Below, piece by piece: positions 1 to 7,744 of a stretch of 13,607 nt of DNA. The position numbers were made by a program, and so were the translations under genes. Every line of letters starts with the position of its first letter. Position 1 is the stretch's first letter. Under the pieces are notes generated by a model. That model was given only the letters and a program-made list of their open reading frames with translations, ran no database searches and had not been told where the DNA came from. The DNA is from Armatimonadota bacterium (GTDB taxonomy: Bacteria > Armatimonadota > Armatimonadia > Armatimonadales > Armatimonadaceae): the NCBI GenBank assembly GCA_043754515.1, contig JAYUUO010000100.1, forward strand, positions 1 through 13,607. The letters are read 5' to 3'.

Positions 1-19
1 CGGGGCAGTTTTCGCCCCG
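1..19 (-). terminator. Probable intrinsic terminator hairpin downstream of fusA (cut by the window edge)
   Basis: Inverted repeat cggggc(1-6)/gccccg(14-19) with a 7-nt loop, 25 nt after the fusA stop. Any U-tract would lie outside the window. Confidence 0.45.
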
Positions 20-44
20 CGCCGGTGACCGCCCCCGGATCAGG

Positions 45-2183
45 CTACGAGGCTTGCTTGCGCCCGCTCTTCGCCTGGATCTCTTCCGCGACGTTGCGCG
101 GAACTTCCTCATAGTGGCTCGGCTCCATCGTGGACGACGCCCGGCCCTGCGTCATCGAGCGGAGCGTGGTCACGTAGCCGAACATTTCCGAGAGCGGAAC
201 CTTCGACTTGATGATGCGCGTCCCGCCGGGACCCATCTCCTGCCCTTCGACCAGACCGCGCCGGCGGTTCAGGTCGCCGATCACGTCGCCCAGATACTGA
301 TCGGGCGTCACCACCTCGACCTGCATGATCGGCTCCTTGATGATCGGGGACGCTTTCTGCATGGCGGCCCGTACACCGATCCGCCCGGCCTCCCGGAACG
401 AGATTTCGTCCGAGTCAACTTCGTGGTACGAACCGTCCACTACCGTGACCCGGATGTCCTCGACCTTGAAGCCGGCGAGAACGCCCGACTGCATCGCGTC
501 CACGACGCCCTTCTCGATGGCCGGGATGAACTCCTTCGGGATCGAGCCGCCCACGGTCTTGTTCTCGAACAAGAACCCCGCGCCCACCTCTTGCGGGAAG
601 ATCTCCAGCACGCAGTGTCCGAACTTACCACGCCCACCAGTCTGCTTGGCGAAGCGGCCTTCCGCGCGCGCTGGTGCCTTGATCGTCTCGCGGTACGACA
701 CCTGCGGCTTGCCCTGGTTCGCCTCGACCTTGAACTCGCGCTTCATGCGGTCCACGATGATCTCCAGGTGCAATTCGCCCATTCCCCGGATGATCGTCTG
801 GCCCGTGTCTTGGTCGGTGAACGTCCGGAACGTCGGGTCCTCGGCCTGGAGTCGGGCCAGAGCCTGACCCATCTTGTCCTGGTCGGTCTTGGTCTTCGGC
901 TCGATACTCATTTCGATTACCGGTTCCGGGAACGACATGGACTCCAGCACGATCGGCATCTTCTCCTCGGACAGCGTGTCGCCGGTGACAGTATCGGACA
1001 AACCGACCGCCGCCGCGATGTCACCCGCATACACCTCGTCAATGTCTTCCGTCTTGTTCGCGTGCATGAGCAGGATGCGCGACACGCGCTCCTTCTTGTC
1101 TTTGGTCGCGTTATAGATGTACGAGCCTTTCGTGAGAGACCCGCTATAAACGCGGAAGAACGTCAGGTTGCCGAACTGATTGTTCATCAGTTTGAACGCC
1201 AGAGCCGAGAACGGAGCGTCGTCCGCCGCCTTCCGGGTGACGACCAGGCCCGTCTCCGGGTTCATGCCTTCCGTGTCCGGCACATCGAGCGGCGATGGCA
1301 GGTAGATCAGCACGCTGTCGAGTAGCTGCTGGACGCCCTTGTTCTTGAACGCCGAGCCGCAGATCATCGGGTACAGGCTCATTTCAATAGTCGCCTTGCG
1401 GATCGCCGCGCGGATCTCGTCGGGGGTCAACTCCTCGCCCTCGAGATACTTCTCGATCAGTGACTCGTCGGCTTCCGCCGCCGCCTCGACCATCTTAGCG
1501 CGCCATTCGTGAGCGGTATCCACGAGGTCGGCGGGGCACTCGATCTCCTCCGGCTTTTTGCCGAACGTGTCCGAGAACGTATACGCCTTCATTGTGATCA
1601 GGTCCACGACGCCCTTGAACTCACCTTCCGACCCGATAGGGATCTGGAGCGGGACCGCGTTCGCGCCGAGACGCTCCCGCACCTGCTTGACGACTTGATA
1701 AAAATCGGCACCCATGCGGTCCATCTTGTTGACGAACACGATGCGTGGCACCTTATACTTGGTCGCCTGACGCCAGACGGTTTCGGACTGCGGTTGCACG
1801 CCGGCGACGGCGCAGAACACGGCGACCGCGCCATCAAGAACGCGCATCGAGCGTTCCACTTCGACGGTAAAGTCAACGTGCCCCGGTGTGTCAATGATGT
1901 TGATCCGGTGCGTATTCTCGCGGTAACCGTCGGCAGCTCGCTTCGGGTCTTCCGACGGTTCCAATCCCCAGAAACAGGTGGTCGCCGCCGAGGTGATCGT
2001 AATACCGCGCTCGCGCTCTTGCTCCATCCAGTCCATCGTCGCCGTACCGTCATGCACCTCGCCAATCTTGTAGTTGACGCCGGTGTAAAGAAGGATGCGC
2101 TCGGTGGTCGTGGTCTTGCCCGCGTCAATGTGCGCGGCGATACCGATGTTGCGTGTGTTTTTCAGGCTATATGCTCGTGCCAT
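45..2183 (-). CDS. fusA: Translation elongation factor G (712 aa)
   Basis: G1 AHIDAGKTT, switch [15 protein letters not shown]3 DTPGHVDF, G4 NKMD, G5 [16 protein letters not shown], domain [11 protein letters not shown]-terminal [13 protein letters not shown]. Start moved to ATG 2183 ([14 protein letters not shown]), preceded by SD-like GAAAGGT. Confidence 0.98.
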   Translation of the reverse strand: MARAYSLKNTRNIGIAAHIDAGKTTTTERILLYTGVNYKIGEVHDGTATMDWMEQERERGITITSAATTCFWGLEPSEDPKRAADGYRENTHRINIIDTPGHVDFTVEVERSMRVLDGAVAVFCAVAGVQPQSETVWRQATKYKVPRIVFVNKMDRMGADFYQVVKQVRERLGANAVPLQIPIGSEGEFKGVVDLITMKAYTFSDTFGKKPEEIECPADLVDTAHEWRAKMVEAAAEADESLIEKYLEGEELTPDEIRAAIRKATIEMSLYPMICGSAFKNKGVQQLLDSVLIYLPSPLDVPDTEGMNPETGLVVTRKAADDAPFSALAFKLMNNQFGNLTFFRVYSGSLTKGSYIYNATKDKKERVSRILLMHANKTEDIDEVYAGDIAAAVGLSDTVTGDTLSEEKMPIVLESMSFPEPVIEMSIEPKTKTDQDKMGQALARLQAEDPTFRTFTDQDTGQTIIRGMGELHLEIIVDRMKREFKVEANQGKPQVSYRETIKAPARAEGRFAKQTGGRGKFGHCVLEIFPQEVGAGFLFENKTVGGSIPKEFIPAIEKGVVDAMQSGVLAGFKVEDIRVTVVDGSYHEVDSDEISFREAGRIGVRAAMQKASPIIKEPIMQVEVVTPDQYLGDVIGDLNRRRGLVEGQEMGPGGTRIIKSKVPLSEMFGYVTTLRSMTQGRASSTMEPSHYEEVPRNVAEEIQAKSGRKQAS

Positions 2184-2242
2184 AATTATCCGAACCTTTC
2201 GAGGGGGTCGCAAAACGGGAAATGTACGCGATTTGCCCCATC

Positions 2243-2274
2243 GTTATATCATGCCGGGGGCGGGGCGTTGTAAA
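2243..2274 (-). promoter_or_regulatory. Candidate sigma70-type promoter for fusA
   Basis: Minus strand has TTTACA (2274-2269), then an AT-rich CATGATATAAC block (2253-2243) containing TGnTATAAC. The -10 register and spacing are ambiguous (15-20 nt). Confidence 0.4.
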
Positions 2275-2384
2275 GCGCGCCCTTTCCGGAAGCGGTGTGT
2301 GGGTGTGGCCGCGACGGAAATCGCGGGCTGATTCAGGTGGTCGTTCCGACCGGCGTCGGGCGCGGCGGTACTGCACGGAGGGCG

Positions 2385-2531
2385 TTACGAAACGCGGGAT
2401 GGGGCGTGACGGAAGGCGATTCGCGCAGCGCGAGCGGCGACGCGGGCGATTACCGCCCGTGCCATAGGGACGCGAACTTGCGTCCCGGTGCCGGGGATCA
2501 GCGCGTCGGTATCGATGCTCTGTGTTGTCAT
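2385..2531 (-). CDS. Putative small protein or leader peptide, 48 aa: MTTQSIDTDALIPGTGTQVRVPMARAVIARVAARAARIAFRHAPSRVS
   Basis: Hand-translated ATG(2531)..TAA(2385), too short for the ORF track. Preceded by SD-like GAAAGGTAGG about 11 nt upstream and by an extended -10 at 2660-2668. No homology evidence. Confidence 0.45.
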   Translation of the reverse strand: MTTQSIDTDALIPGTGTQVRVPMARAVIARVAARAARIAFRHAPSRVS

Positions 2532-2659
2532 AGCGGGTATCGCCTACCTTTCGTCAGGATGGTACAAACTGTGTCGCGCCGGTTGTGGCATTTGCCAAAG
2601 CGTTTCGCTCTCGCGCCTACCATAGAACTCGTTATCCGCGCGCCGAGGCAAACCTTCGT

Positions 2660-2704
2660 ATTTTATCACGGCACCGAGGAGAGAGCACGGTTTTCGTCGA
2701 AAAC
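2660..2704 (-). promoter_or_regulatory. Candidate extended -10 promoter with an upstream palindromic operator, driving the small ORF
   Basis: Minus strand TGaTAAAAT (2668-2660), weak -35 position (GTGCTC), and perfect 7-1-7 palindrome GTTTTCG-T-CGAAAAC at 2690-2704. Confidence 0.4.
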
Positions 2705-2773
2705 GCAGTCCTCCAAATTCACGGGCACCGTATGGGTGTCCGGGCGCGATACAATAATCACCGTAACCGCTTT

Positions 2774-4102
2774 ATGATTGTCACCCGCCGCTTCCTCTGG
2801 CTCGTCGCCCTCGGTATCGTCCCGCTCCTCGGATCGTACGCCGTCGGGCCGCTCGCCTACGCCGCCGTGTTCTGTAACATCGCCCTGATAGCGGCGGCGA
2901 TTTGCGACTATCTGCTGTGCCCGAAACCGGGGGACGCGCTTCGGGTAACACGCGAGGTTGGCGAAGTGCTCTCCGTCGCGGCGGACAATGCCGTCACGGT
3001 GCGCGTGCGAAACCAGACCCGCCAGCCGCTCGCCGTCGCCGCGCGTGACGAGCCGCCCGGCGCGTTCGCGTTCGGCAAGGAGGGGAGCAAAGGGCGCGAG
3101 ACGGCAAAGAAACTAGAGCCGTTCGGGACGATGGAGTTCACCTATCACGTCATCCCGCCCTCGCGCGGCGACTTCCTGTTCCGCGACATCTACCTGCGCG
3201 TGACCGGCCCGCTCGGGCTTGTCATCCGGCAGGGCGTCGTGTCCGCGGAGAAAACGGTCGCCGTATATCCAAACCTGCGCGCCGTCGAGGACTATGAAAT
3301 CATGCTCCGCCGCGCCGCGCTCTCGCGCCAGGGTGTGCGGCGAATGCGAACCGTGGGCGCGGGGCGCGAGTTCGCGTCGCTCCGCGATTACACGCCCGAC
3401 GACGAGTACCGCGCCATTGACTGGAAGGCGACAGCGCGGCGCGGGAAGGTGATCGCGCGTACCTACGAGCAGGAGCGGTCGCAAGACATTCTGCTCCTTA
3501 TTGATGAGGGTCGCCTGATGCGTCAGGAGATCGGAAGCACGCAGAAGCTCGATTATGTCGTTTCGGCGGCACTGATGCTTGCGCATGTCGTCGCGCAAGC
3601 CGACGACCGAGTGGGACTTCTGACGTTCTCCGACGACGCGAAGGCGTGGCTCCCCCCGGCTCGCGGGCGTTCCGCGTACGGCGGCATACTCGAAGCCCTG
3701 TACGCCGCCCGCGCCGAGCCGGTCGAGTCCGATTACCGCGCGGCGTTCCGGTTCCTCGCCGCCCGCTGGCGTAAACGCTCGCTGTGCGTGGTGTTCACCG
3801 ACCTCGCCGACCCCGAATCGAGCGCGGTGCCACTCAGAGAGATGGGGCACCTTGCCGACAAACACGTGGTGGTCTGCGTCGTGGTTTCCGACCCGCTGAT
3901 TGGGGGGCGGGCGCGGCGCGTGCCGACCACGGTGGACGGCGTGTACGAAAAGGCGGTCGCTGAAGAAGTTATCGCCGAACGCCGCCGCGCCCTGAACCTG
4001 CTCAGAAAGCGCGGCGTGCTGATCGTAGATGCCGAACCGCAAGAACTGTCGGTGGAACTAATCGCGCGTTACCTGACGGTGAAAAACCGATCGCTGTTGT
4101 GA
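2774..4102 (+). CDS. DUF58 family protein with N-terminal transmembrane helices and a vWA-like domain (442 aa)
   Basis: Two N-terminal hydrophobic segments, RGDFLF..GPLGL, VYPNL, DUF58 signature EFASLRDYTPDDEYRAIDWKATARRG, vWA-like LLIDEGRLM, DRVGLLTF and VVFTDL. Start set at ATG 2774 (MIVTRRFLWL). The 63-codon upstream extension overlaps regulatory DNA. Confidence 0.9.
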   Translation: MIVTRRFLWLVALGIVPLLGSYAVGPLAYAAVFCNIALIAAAICDYLLCPKPGDALRVTREVGEVLSVAADNAVTVRVRNQTRQPLAVAARDEPPGAFAFGKEGSKGRETAKKLEPFGTMEFTYHVIPPSRGDFLFRDIYLRVTGPLGLVIRQGVVSAEKTVAVYPNLRAVEDYEIMLRRAALSRQGVRRMRTVGAGREFASLRDYTPDDEYRAIDWKATARRGKVIARTYEQERSQDILLLIDEGRLMRQEIGSTQKLDYVVSAALMLAHVVAQADDRVGLLTFSDDAKAWLPPARGRSAYGGILEALYAARAEPVESDYRAAFRFLAARWRKRSLCVVFTDLADPESSAVPLREMGHLADKHVVVCVVVSDPLIGGRARRVPTTVDGVYEKAVAEEVIAERRRALNLLRKRGVLIVDAEPQELSVELIARYLTVKNRSLL

Positions 4103-4114
4103 ACATCAACCGCG

Positions 4115-5746
4115 TTACTTGCTCTTCAACTTGATATAGCCCGCGTCCTTCTCTCCGTCCCTGTCCCCATCCTTGCCGGCTGGTTTGGGTGTTTTGCCTT
4201 TCTCCCCGACCGGGGCACGTTTCACGGTCGGTGGGAACGCGTTGAACTGACGCCATAACTCCCAGCCGAGCGGCACCGTGTCGAGCAGGATCCAGCCGGT
4301 CGCCTCGCCGCCGGGCCGGAGCAGGTTCGGCGCGGGCCAGGGCGGCTCCTTCCCCGATTTAATCGCCGCGAAGTCTGGCTCCACGATCACGCGGAAGCGC
4401 GCCATGCCGTCGTCCAGGGCATCAATGACGCGTATCCGCCCCGCGAACGTACCCGTGGCGACGGAAGGGAAACCGGTGAACTGCAACGCGGGCCAGCCCG
4501 CGAACTGCAAGCGCACGTGCCGCCCTTCCGAAATGAGTGGCACATCGTTATCCGCCACCGACAACTCCACTGCCTGGTCGCGCGAGTCGGGCAGTATCGT
4601 CGCCAGCACATCCCCGGCCTTGACCGTCTCGCCCGCCCCGCCCTTGAAAAGCCGCACCACGCGCCCCGCGCATGGTGCCGTCACGACCTGTTGCCGCGTA
4701 CGGGCCGCGAGGTTGCGCCGGTCCACCGCGAGTTTCGCGCGGTCGGCGATGATCTTCGCCCCGCTCTCTCGCGCCGATTCGCGTCCCGCCTCAAGCGACG
4801 ACAAGGATGCCGTGGTGTCGGTCATCACTTTACTCAGGTCGAACTGGCTTGCCGCGATGTCTCGGTCGGCGATCTCGCGCGAGGCTTGCGCCGACTCCAC
4901 CGCCGCGCCCGCCCGGTCTAGTTCGAGGTTGGTCTGGTTCTGCGCCAGCCTGCCGACCTTCGCGTCGCGCCGCGCTATCGTTACCGCGTCCTCCGCCTGC
5001 CGAACCCGGACCCGCTTCGAGACCAGGTCGTTCTCTGCCAGTTCGTCGTCACGCTTGCTACGCAGGTCTAGCCGGTAGAGTTCGGCGACGCGATCCCGCT
5101 GTAGCCGTGATGTCGCCTCGTCCTGCTTCGCGGCGAGCAGTGCTTGCTCCGCCTGCCGGACGCGGTCGCCCGCCTGTAATAGTCTCTCGCCCGCCGTAGC
5201 GCGGCCGACATCCCGCGCGATCTCGAACGATTTGCGGGCTTGTAGTAGCGACTGCGCCGCCGCCTTGCGCCGCTGCCGCGTCTGCTCGACCCGCTGACGC
5301 GCCGTGCTGATGGCGGATTCCCGCGACTCCTCCAGGCTTCTCAGTTGCGAATCGAGTTTGCCGACGCGTGCCGCTATCCGCGCCGCTTGTTCCGTCAACG
5401 CGGCGTCCTGTTCGGCTAGCCGCTTCGCCTGATTCGCGTCCAGGAACTTGCTGTCAATATCGCGCAGACGGGCGATCAGGTCGCCCTTCTTCACCGTCTG
5501 TCCTTCCTGGGTATGCCACGAAACGAGCCGACCAGGGATCTGCGCCTCAATGTTCTGCTGACGGTTCATCGCGCCGTAGATGCTAACCTGGCCGTTCGCG
5601 ATAATCGTCTGTTGCCAGGGTACGAATGTGAGTGCCGCCGCCGTCACCCCGATGAACCCAGCGACTAGCGCGGTGATCCGCTTGCCGCCGGACTTCGGCG
5701 CGACGGCGCGTAGTGACTCATGCCGCTCTAAAGCTATGGAATTCAT
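4115..5746 (-). CDS. HlyD-family periplasmic adaptor / membrane fusion protein (543 aa)
   Basis: One N-terminal TM helix ending VPWQQT, split lipoyl motifs IEAQIPGRL..EGQTVKKGD and VTAPCAGRV..GETVKAGD around a long coiled coil, and C-terminal VRLQFAGWPALQF / VPLGWELWRQFNAFPP. Start overlaps the ABC stop (ATGA, 5746-5743). Confidence 0.92.
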   Translation of the reverse strand: MNSIALERHESLRAVAPKSGGKRITALVAGFIGVTAAALTFVPWQQTIIANGQVSIYGAMNRQQNIEAQIPGRLVSWHTQEGQTVKKGDLIARLRDIDSKFLDANQAKRLAEQDAALTEQAARIAARVGKLDSQLRSLEESRESAISTARQRVEQTRQRRKAAAQSLLQARKSFEIARDVGRATAGERLLQAGDRVRQAEQALLAAKQDEATSRLQRDRVAELYRLDLRSKRDDELAENDLVSKRVRVRQAEDAVTIARRDAKVGRLAQNQTNLELDRAGAAVESAQASREIADRDIAASQFDLSKVMTDTTASLSSLEAGRESARESGAKIIADRAKLAVDRRNLAARTRQQVVTAPCAGRVVRLFKGGAGETVKAGDVLATILPDSRDQAVELSVADNDVPLISEGRHVRLQFAGWPALQFTGFPSVATGTFAGRIRVIDALDDGMARFRVIVEPDFAAIKSGKEPPWPAPNLLRPGGEATGWILLDTVPLGWELWRQFNAFPPTVKRAPVGEKGKTPKPAGKDGDRDGEKDAGYIKLKSK

Positions 5747-7734
5747 GCCGATTCATTCTTTCCCGAGGCCCTTCGCGATACTGGCCGTCCTCGGACCGCT
5801 ACCGGTTTTCTCTCGCCCCCTCGGTCACCCTCCGAGCGTACGATGGCCGCGTCAGCCTCGGGCCTTTCGCCCGAAACCGGCGCGGGCACGAAGGCGCGTA
5901 GCCGTCTCGTGAGCGTGGGGAACAGATCGGCGAACCGCGATCCGTCCCGTGCGGCAAGTTCCTCCGGCGTCCCCCTCTCCGAAATCCTCCCGTCCCGAAG
6001 GACATAGACTGTTCTCGACCGCATGACCACTTCCGCTTCGTGTGAAACGGCGAAGATGGTCCAGGCTTGCTCGGGCGCGTAGATACGATCCAGTATCCGC
6101 GTCACCATCGCCTCGTCCATGCCGGTGAACGCCTCGTCCAGTATCAAGAGGCGCGGGCGGGGGGCCACAGCGCGGGCGATAAGGAGGCGTTGCCGCTGGC
6201 CGCGCGAGAGCGGTTGTCCGCCGGACACTAGCATGGTGGAGACGCCGTTCGGGAGGCGCGTGATGTCGCCGTCTAGTTGCGCCATCTCCAGCGCGTCCCG
6301 GACATCGGCGTGCGTGACATACTCCCGGCCCACCGCCACGTTCTCCTCGATAGTGCCGTCGAAGATGGAATCGTCGGTGTTCACGAGCGTGAGGACGCGG
6401 CGCAGATCCCCGAGGTCGGCGTCACGTACATCCACGCCGCCGACGGTGATCTCCCCATGCGTGACATTTTCCAGACCTGCGATCAACGCCGACAGCGTTG
6501 ATTTTCCCGCGCCGCTCTCCCCGACCAGGCAGATGCGCTCGCCGGATTTCACCTCCAGGCTGATCCCGGCGAGCGTCTCCGGTAGTACCCCCGGCGCGTA
6601 GGAGAAACGTACGTCGCGTATCCGTAGCTCCGGCACTGGTTCAACGTCCGAAGGCAGTAGGATGGGGACGCCGCCGACCCGCTCCGTCGGCATATCGAGT
6701 ACGTGGCCTATCTTTTCCAGACCTGTCAGCAGGTCGAAAACCTGCTCCGACTGCCGGATGAGTTTGTCCATCGCCGCGAGGAGCGACACGACCACGATTT
6801 GGGACGCGACAAGCTGCCCGAGCGTCAACTGCCGCTGAATCACGAGCCACCCGCCGACGGCAAGGATCGCCGCCGATGCCACCGCCTGAAACAGGTAGTT
6901 ACCGAGGGCTTGCCGCCACAGAACCCGGAAGTGCGACTGGCGCGCCTTGATATACCGGAGCACGGCGGCGTCGGCGCGTCGCACCAGATACCCGCCCGCG
7001 CCGTGCAACTTCAGATCCATGTGGCAACGCGCCATATCTTCCAGCCAATCGGCGACGCGATACTTTTCTTTCGACTCCTTGAGCGACGTTCGCAGTCCGC
7101 CGATGCCCAGTACCCCGACCACGAACCCGGCGAAGACGAGTATCGCCACGTCAAGCCCGAGCAAATAGGGGCTGTAGAACCCGAGGAGTATCAGCCCCAC
7201 CGCCGCCTGTAGCACGGCGGCCAGCCCGTCCAGGAGTAGTTTCGATAACGCCTTCTGCACGGTGAGCGTGTCGAAGAAGCGGTTGACCAGTTCGGGGGCG
7301 TACTCGCCGCGCAGAGCGTCCGCCCGCAGTCGCGGCAACTTCTCTGCCATCCGGAGCGCGACGCGGGCGAAGACGCGCTGTTGCATCACTTCCGCTAGCG
7401 ACAACTTCATCAGTTGGAGAACCCCGGACAGTATCAGCCCGACCAGCGTCATTACCGACAGCACCACGAGCGGCTGGAGCAGAACGTTCGCGGCTATCGT
7501 ATTAACCAGTGCCTGCGCGGTTAGCGGCACCACCAGTGCTAAAATCCCGGCGATCACCGTGTACGCGACCAGCGTGGCGAGATCGGCCTTTTCCTCGCGA
7601 ATGAACTGCCACAGCCGGTCCATCGGGGTGGCATGATGGTCGTGAGGCGTCTGATCACTCGTCGCGCCGGAACCGGGACGCGCTCCGTTCGTGTAGCTTG
7701 CCGCTCCGCGCGGCACTGAAAGTATGTTTTCCAT
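5743..7734 (-). CDS. Type I secretion-like ABC exporter, fused TMD + NBD (663 aa)
   Basis: Six-TM membrane domain (PELVNRFFD, QLTLGQLVA), Walker A GESGAGKS, signature LSRGQRQR, Walker B LLILDE, H-loop VSHE. Start set at ATG 7734 (MENILSV), with SD AGGAAG overlapping the tolC-like stop. Confidence 0.92.
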   Translation of the reverse strand: MENILSVPRGAASYTNGARPGSGATSDQTPHDHHATPMDRLWQFIREEKADLATLVAYTVIAGILALVVPLTAQALVNTIAANVLLQPLVVLSVMTLVGLILSGVLQLMKLSLAEVMQQRVFARVALRMAEKLPRLRADALRGEYAPELVNRFFDTLTVQKALSKLLLDGLAAVLQAAVGLILLGFYSPYLLGLDVAILVFAGFVVGVLGIGGLRTSLKESKEKYRVADWLEDMARCHMDLKLHGAGGYLVRRADAAVLRYIKARQSHFRVLWRQALGNYLFQAVASAAILAVGGWLVIQRQLTLGQLVASQIVVVSLLAAMDKLIRQSEQVFDLLTGLEKIGHVLDMPTERVGGVPILLPSDVEPVPELRIRDVRFSYAPGVLPETLAGISLEVKSGERICLVGESGAGKSTLSALIAGLENVTHGEITVGGVDVRDADLGDLRRVLTLVNTDDSIFDGTIEENVAVGREYVTHADVRDALEMAQLDGDITRLPNGVSTMLVSGGQPLSRGQRQRLLIARAVAPRPRLLILDEAFTGMDEAMVTRILDRIYAPEQAWTIFAVSHEAEVVMRSRTVYVLRDGRISERGTPEELAARDGSRFADLFPTLTRRLRAFVPAPVSGERPEADAAIVRSEGDRGGERKPVAVRGRPVSRRASGKNESA

Positions 7735-7744
7735 GTCTCGCTTC

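Noticed and set aside
54..2273. Long plus-strand ORFs (423 aa at 54..1325 and 254 aa at 1509..2273)
   Set aside because: Antisense shadows of fusA caused by GC-rich codon bias. No motifs or RBS.
2530..2556. CUGACGA on the minus strand followed by a short stem, resembling a hammerhead ribozyme core
   Set aside because: The required GAAA after stem II and stems I/III are missing.
2586..2597. TGGCA-TT-TGCCA palindrome and other TGGCAC sites (near 2460 and 13196) as sigma54 promoters
   Set aside because: No TTGC at the required -12 spacing. The short palindrome alone could be chance.
2645..2690. GGCAAACC resembling a c-di-GMP-I riboswitch start
   Set aside because: No GNRA-capped P2 and no downstream GACGCAAAGC or tetraloop receptor.
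2585..2773. 63-aa N-terminal extension of the DUF58 ORF
   Set aside because: Family-like sequence begins at MIVTRR (2774). The extension overlaps palindromes and promoter elements.
2295..2777. 160-aa plus-strand ORF across the intergenic region
   Set aside because: No RBS, Arg/Gly-rich noise composition, and it runs over promoter-like elements and the better-supported minus-strand small ORF.
3113..5078. ORFs of 309 aa (3113..4042, minus) and 266 aa (4278..5078, plus)
   Set aside because: Fully antisense to the well-supported DUF58 and HlyD genes.
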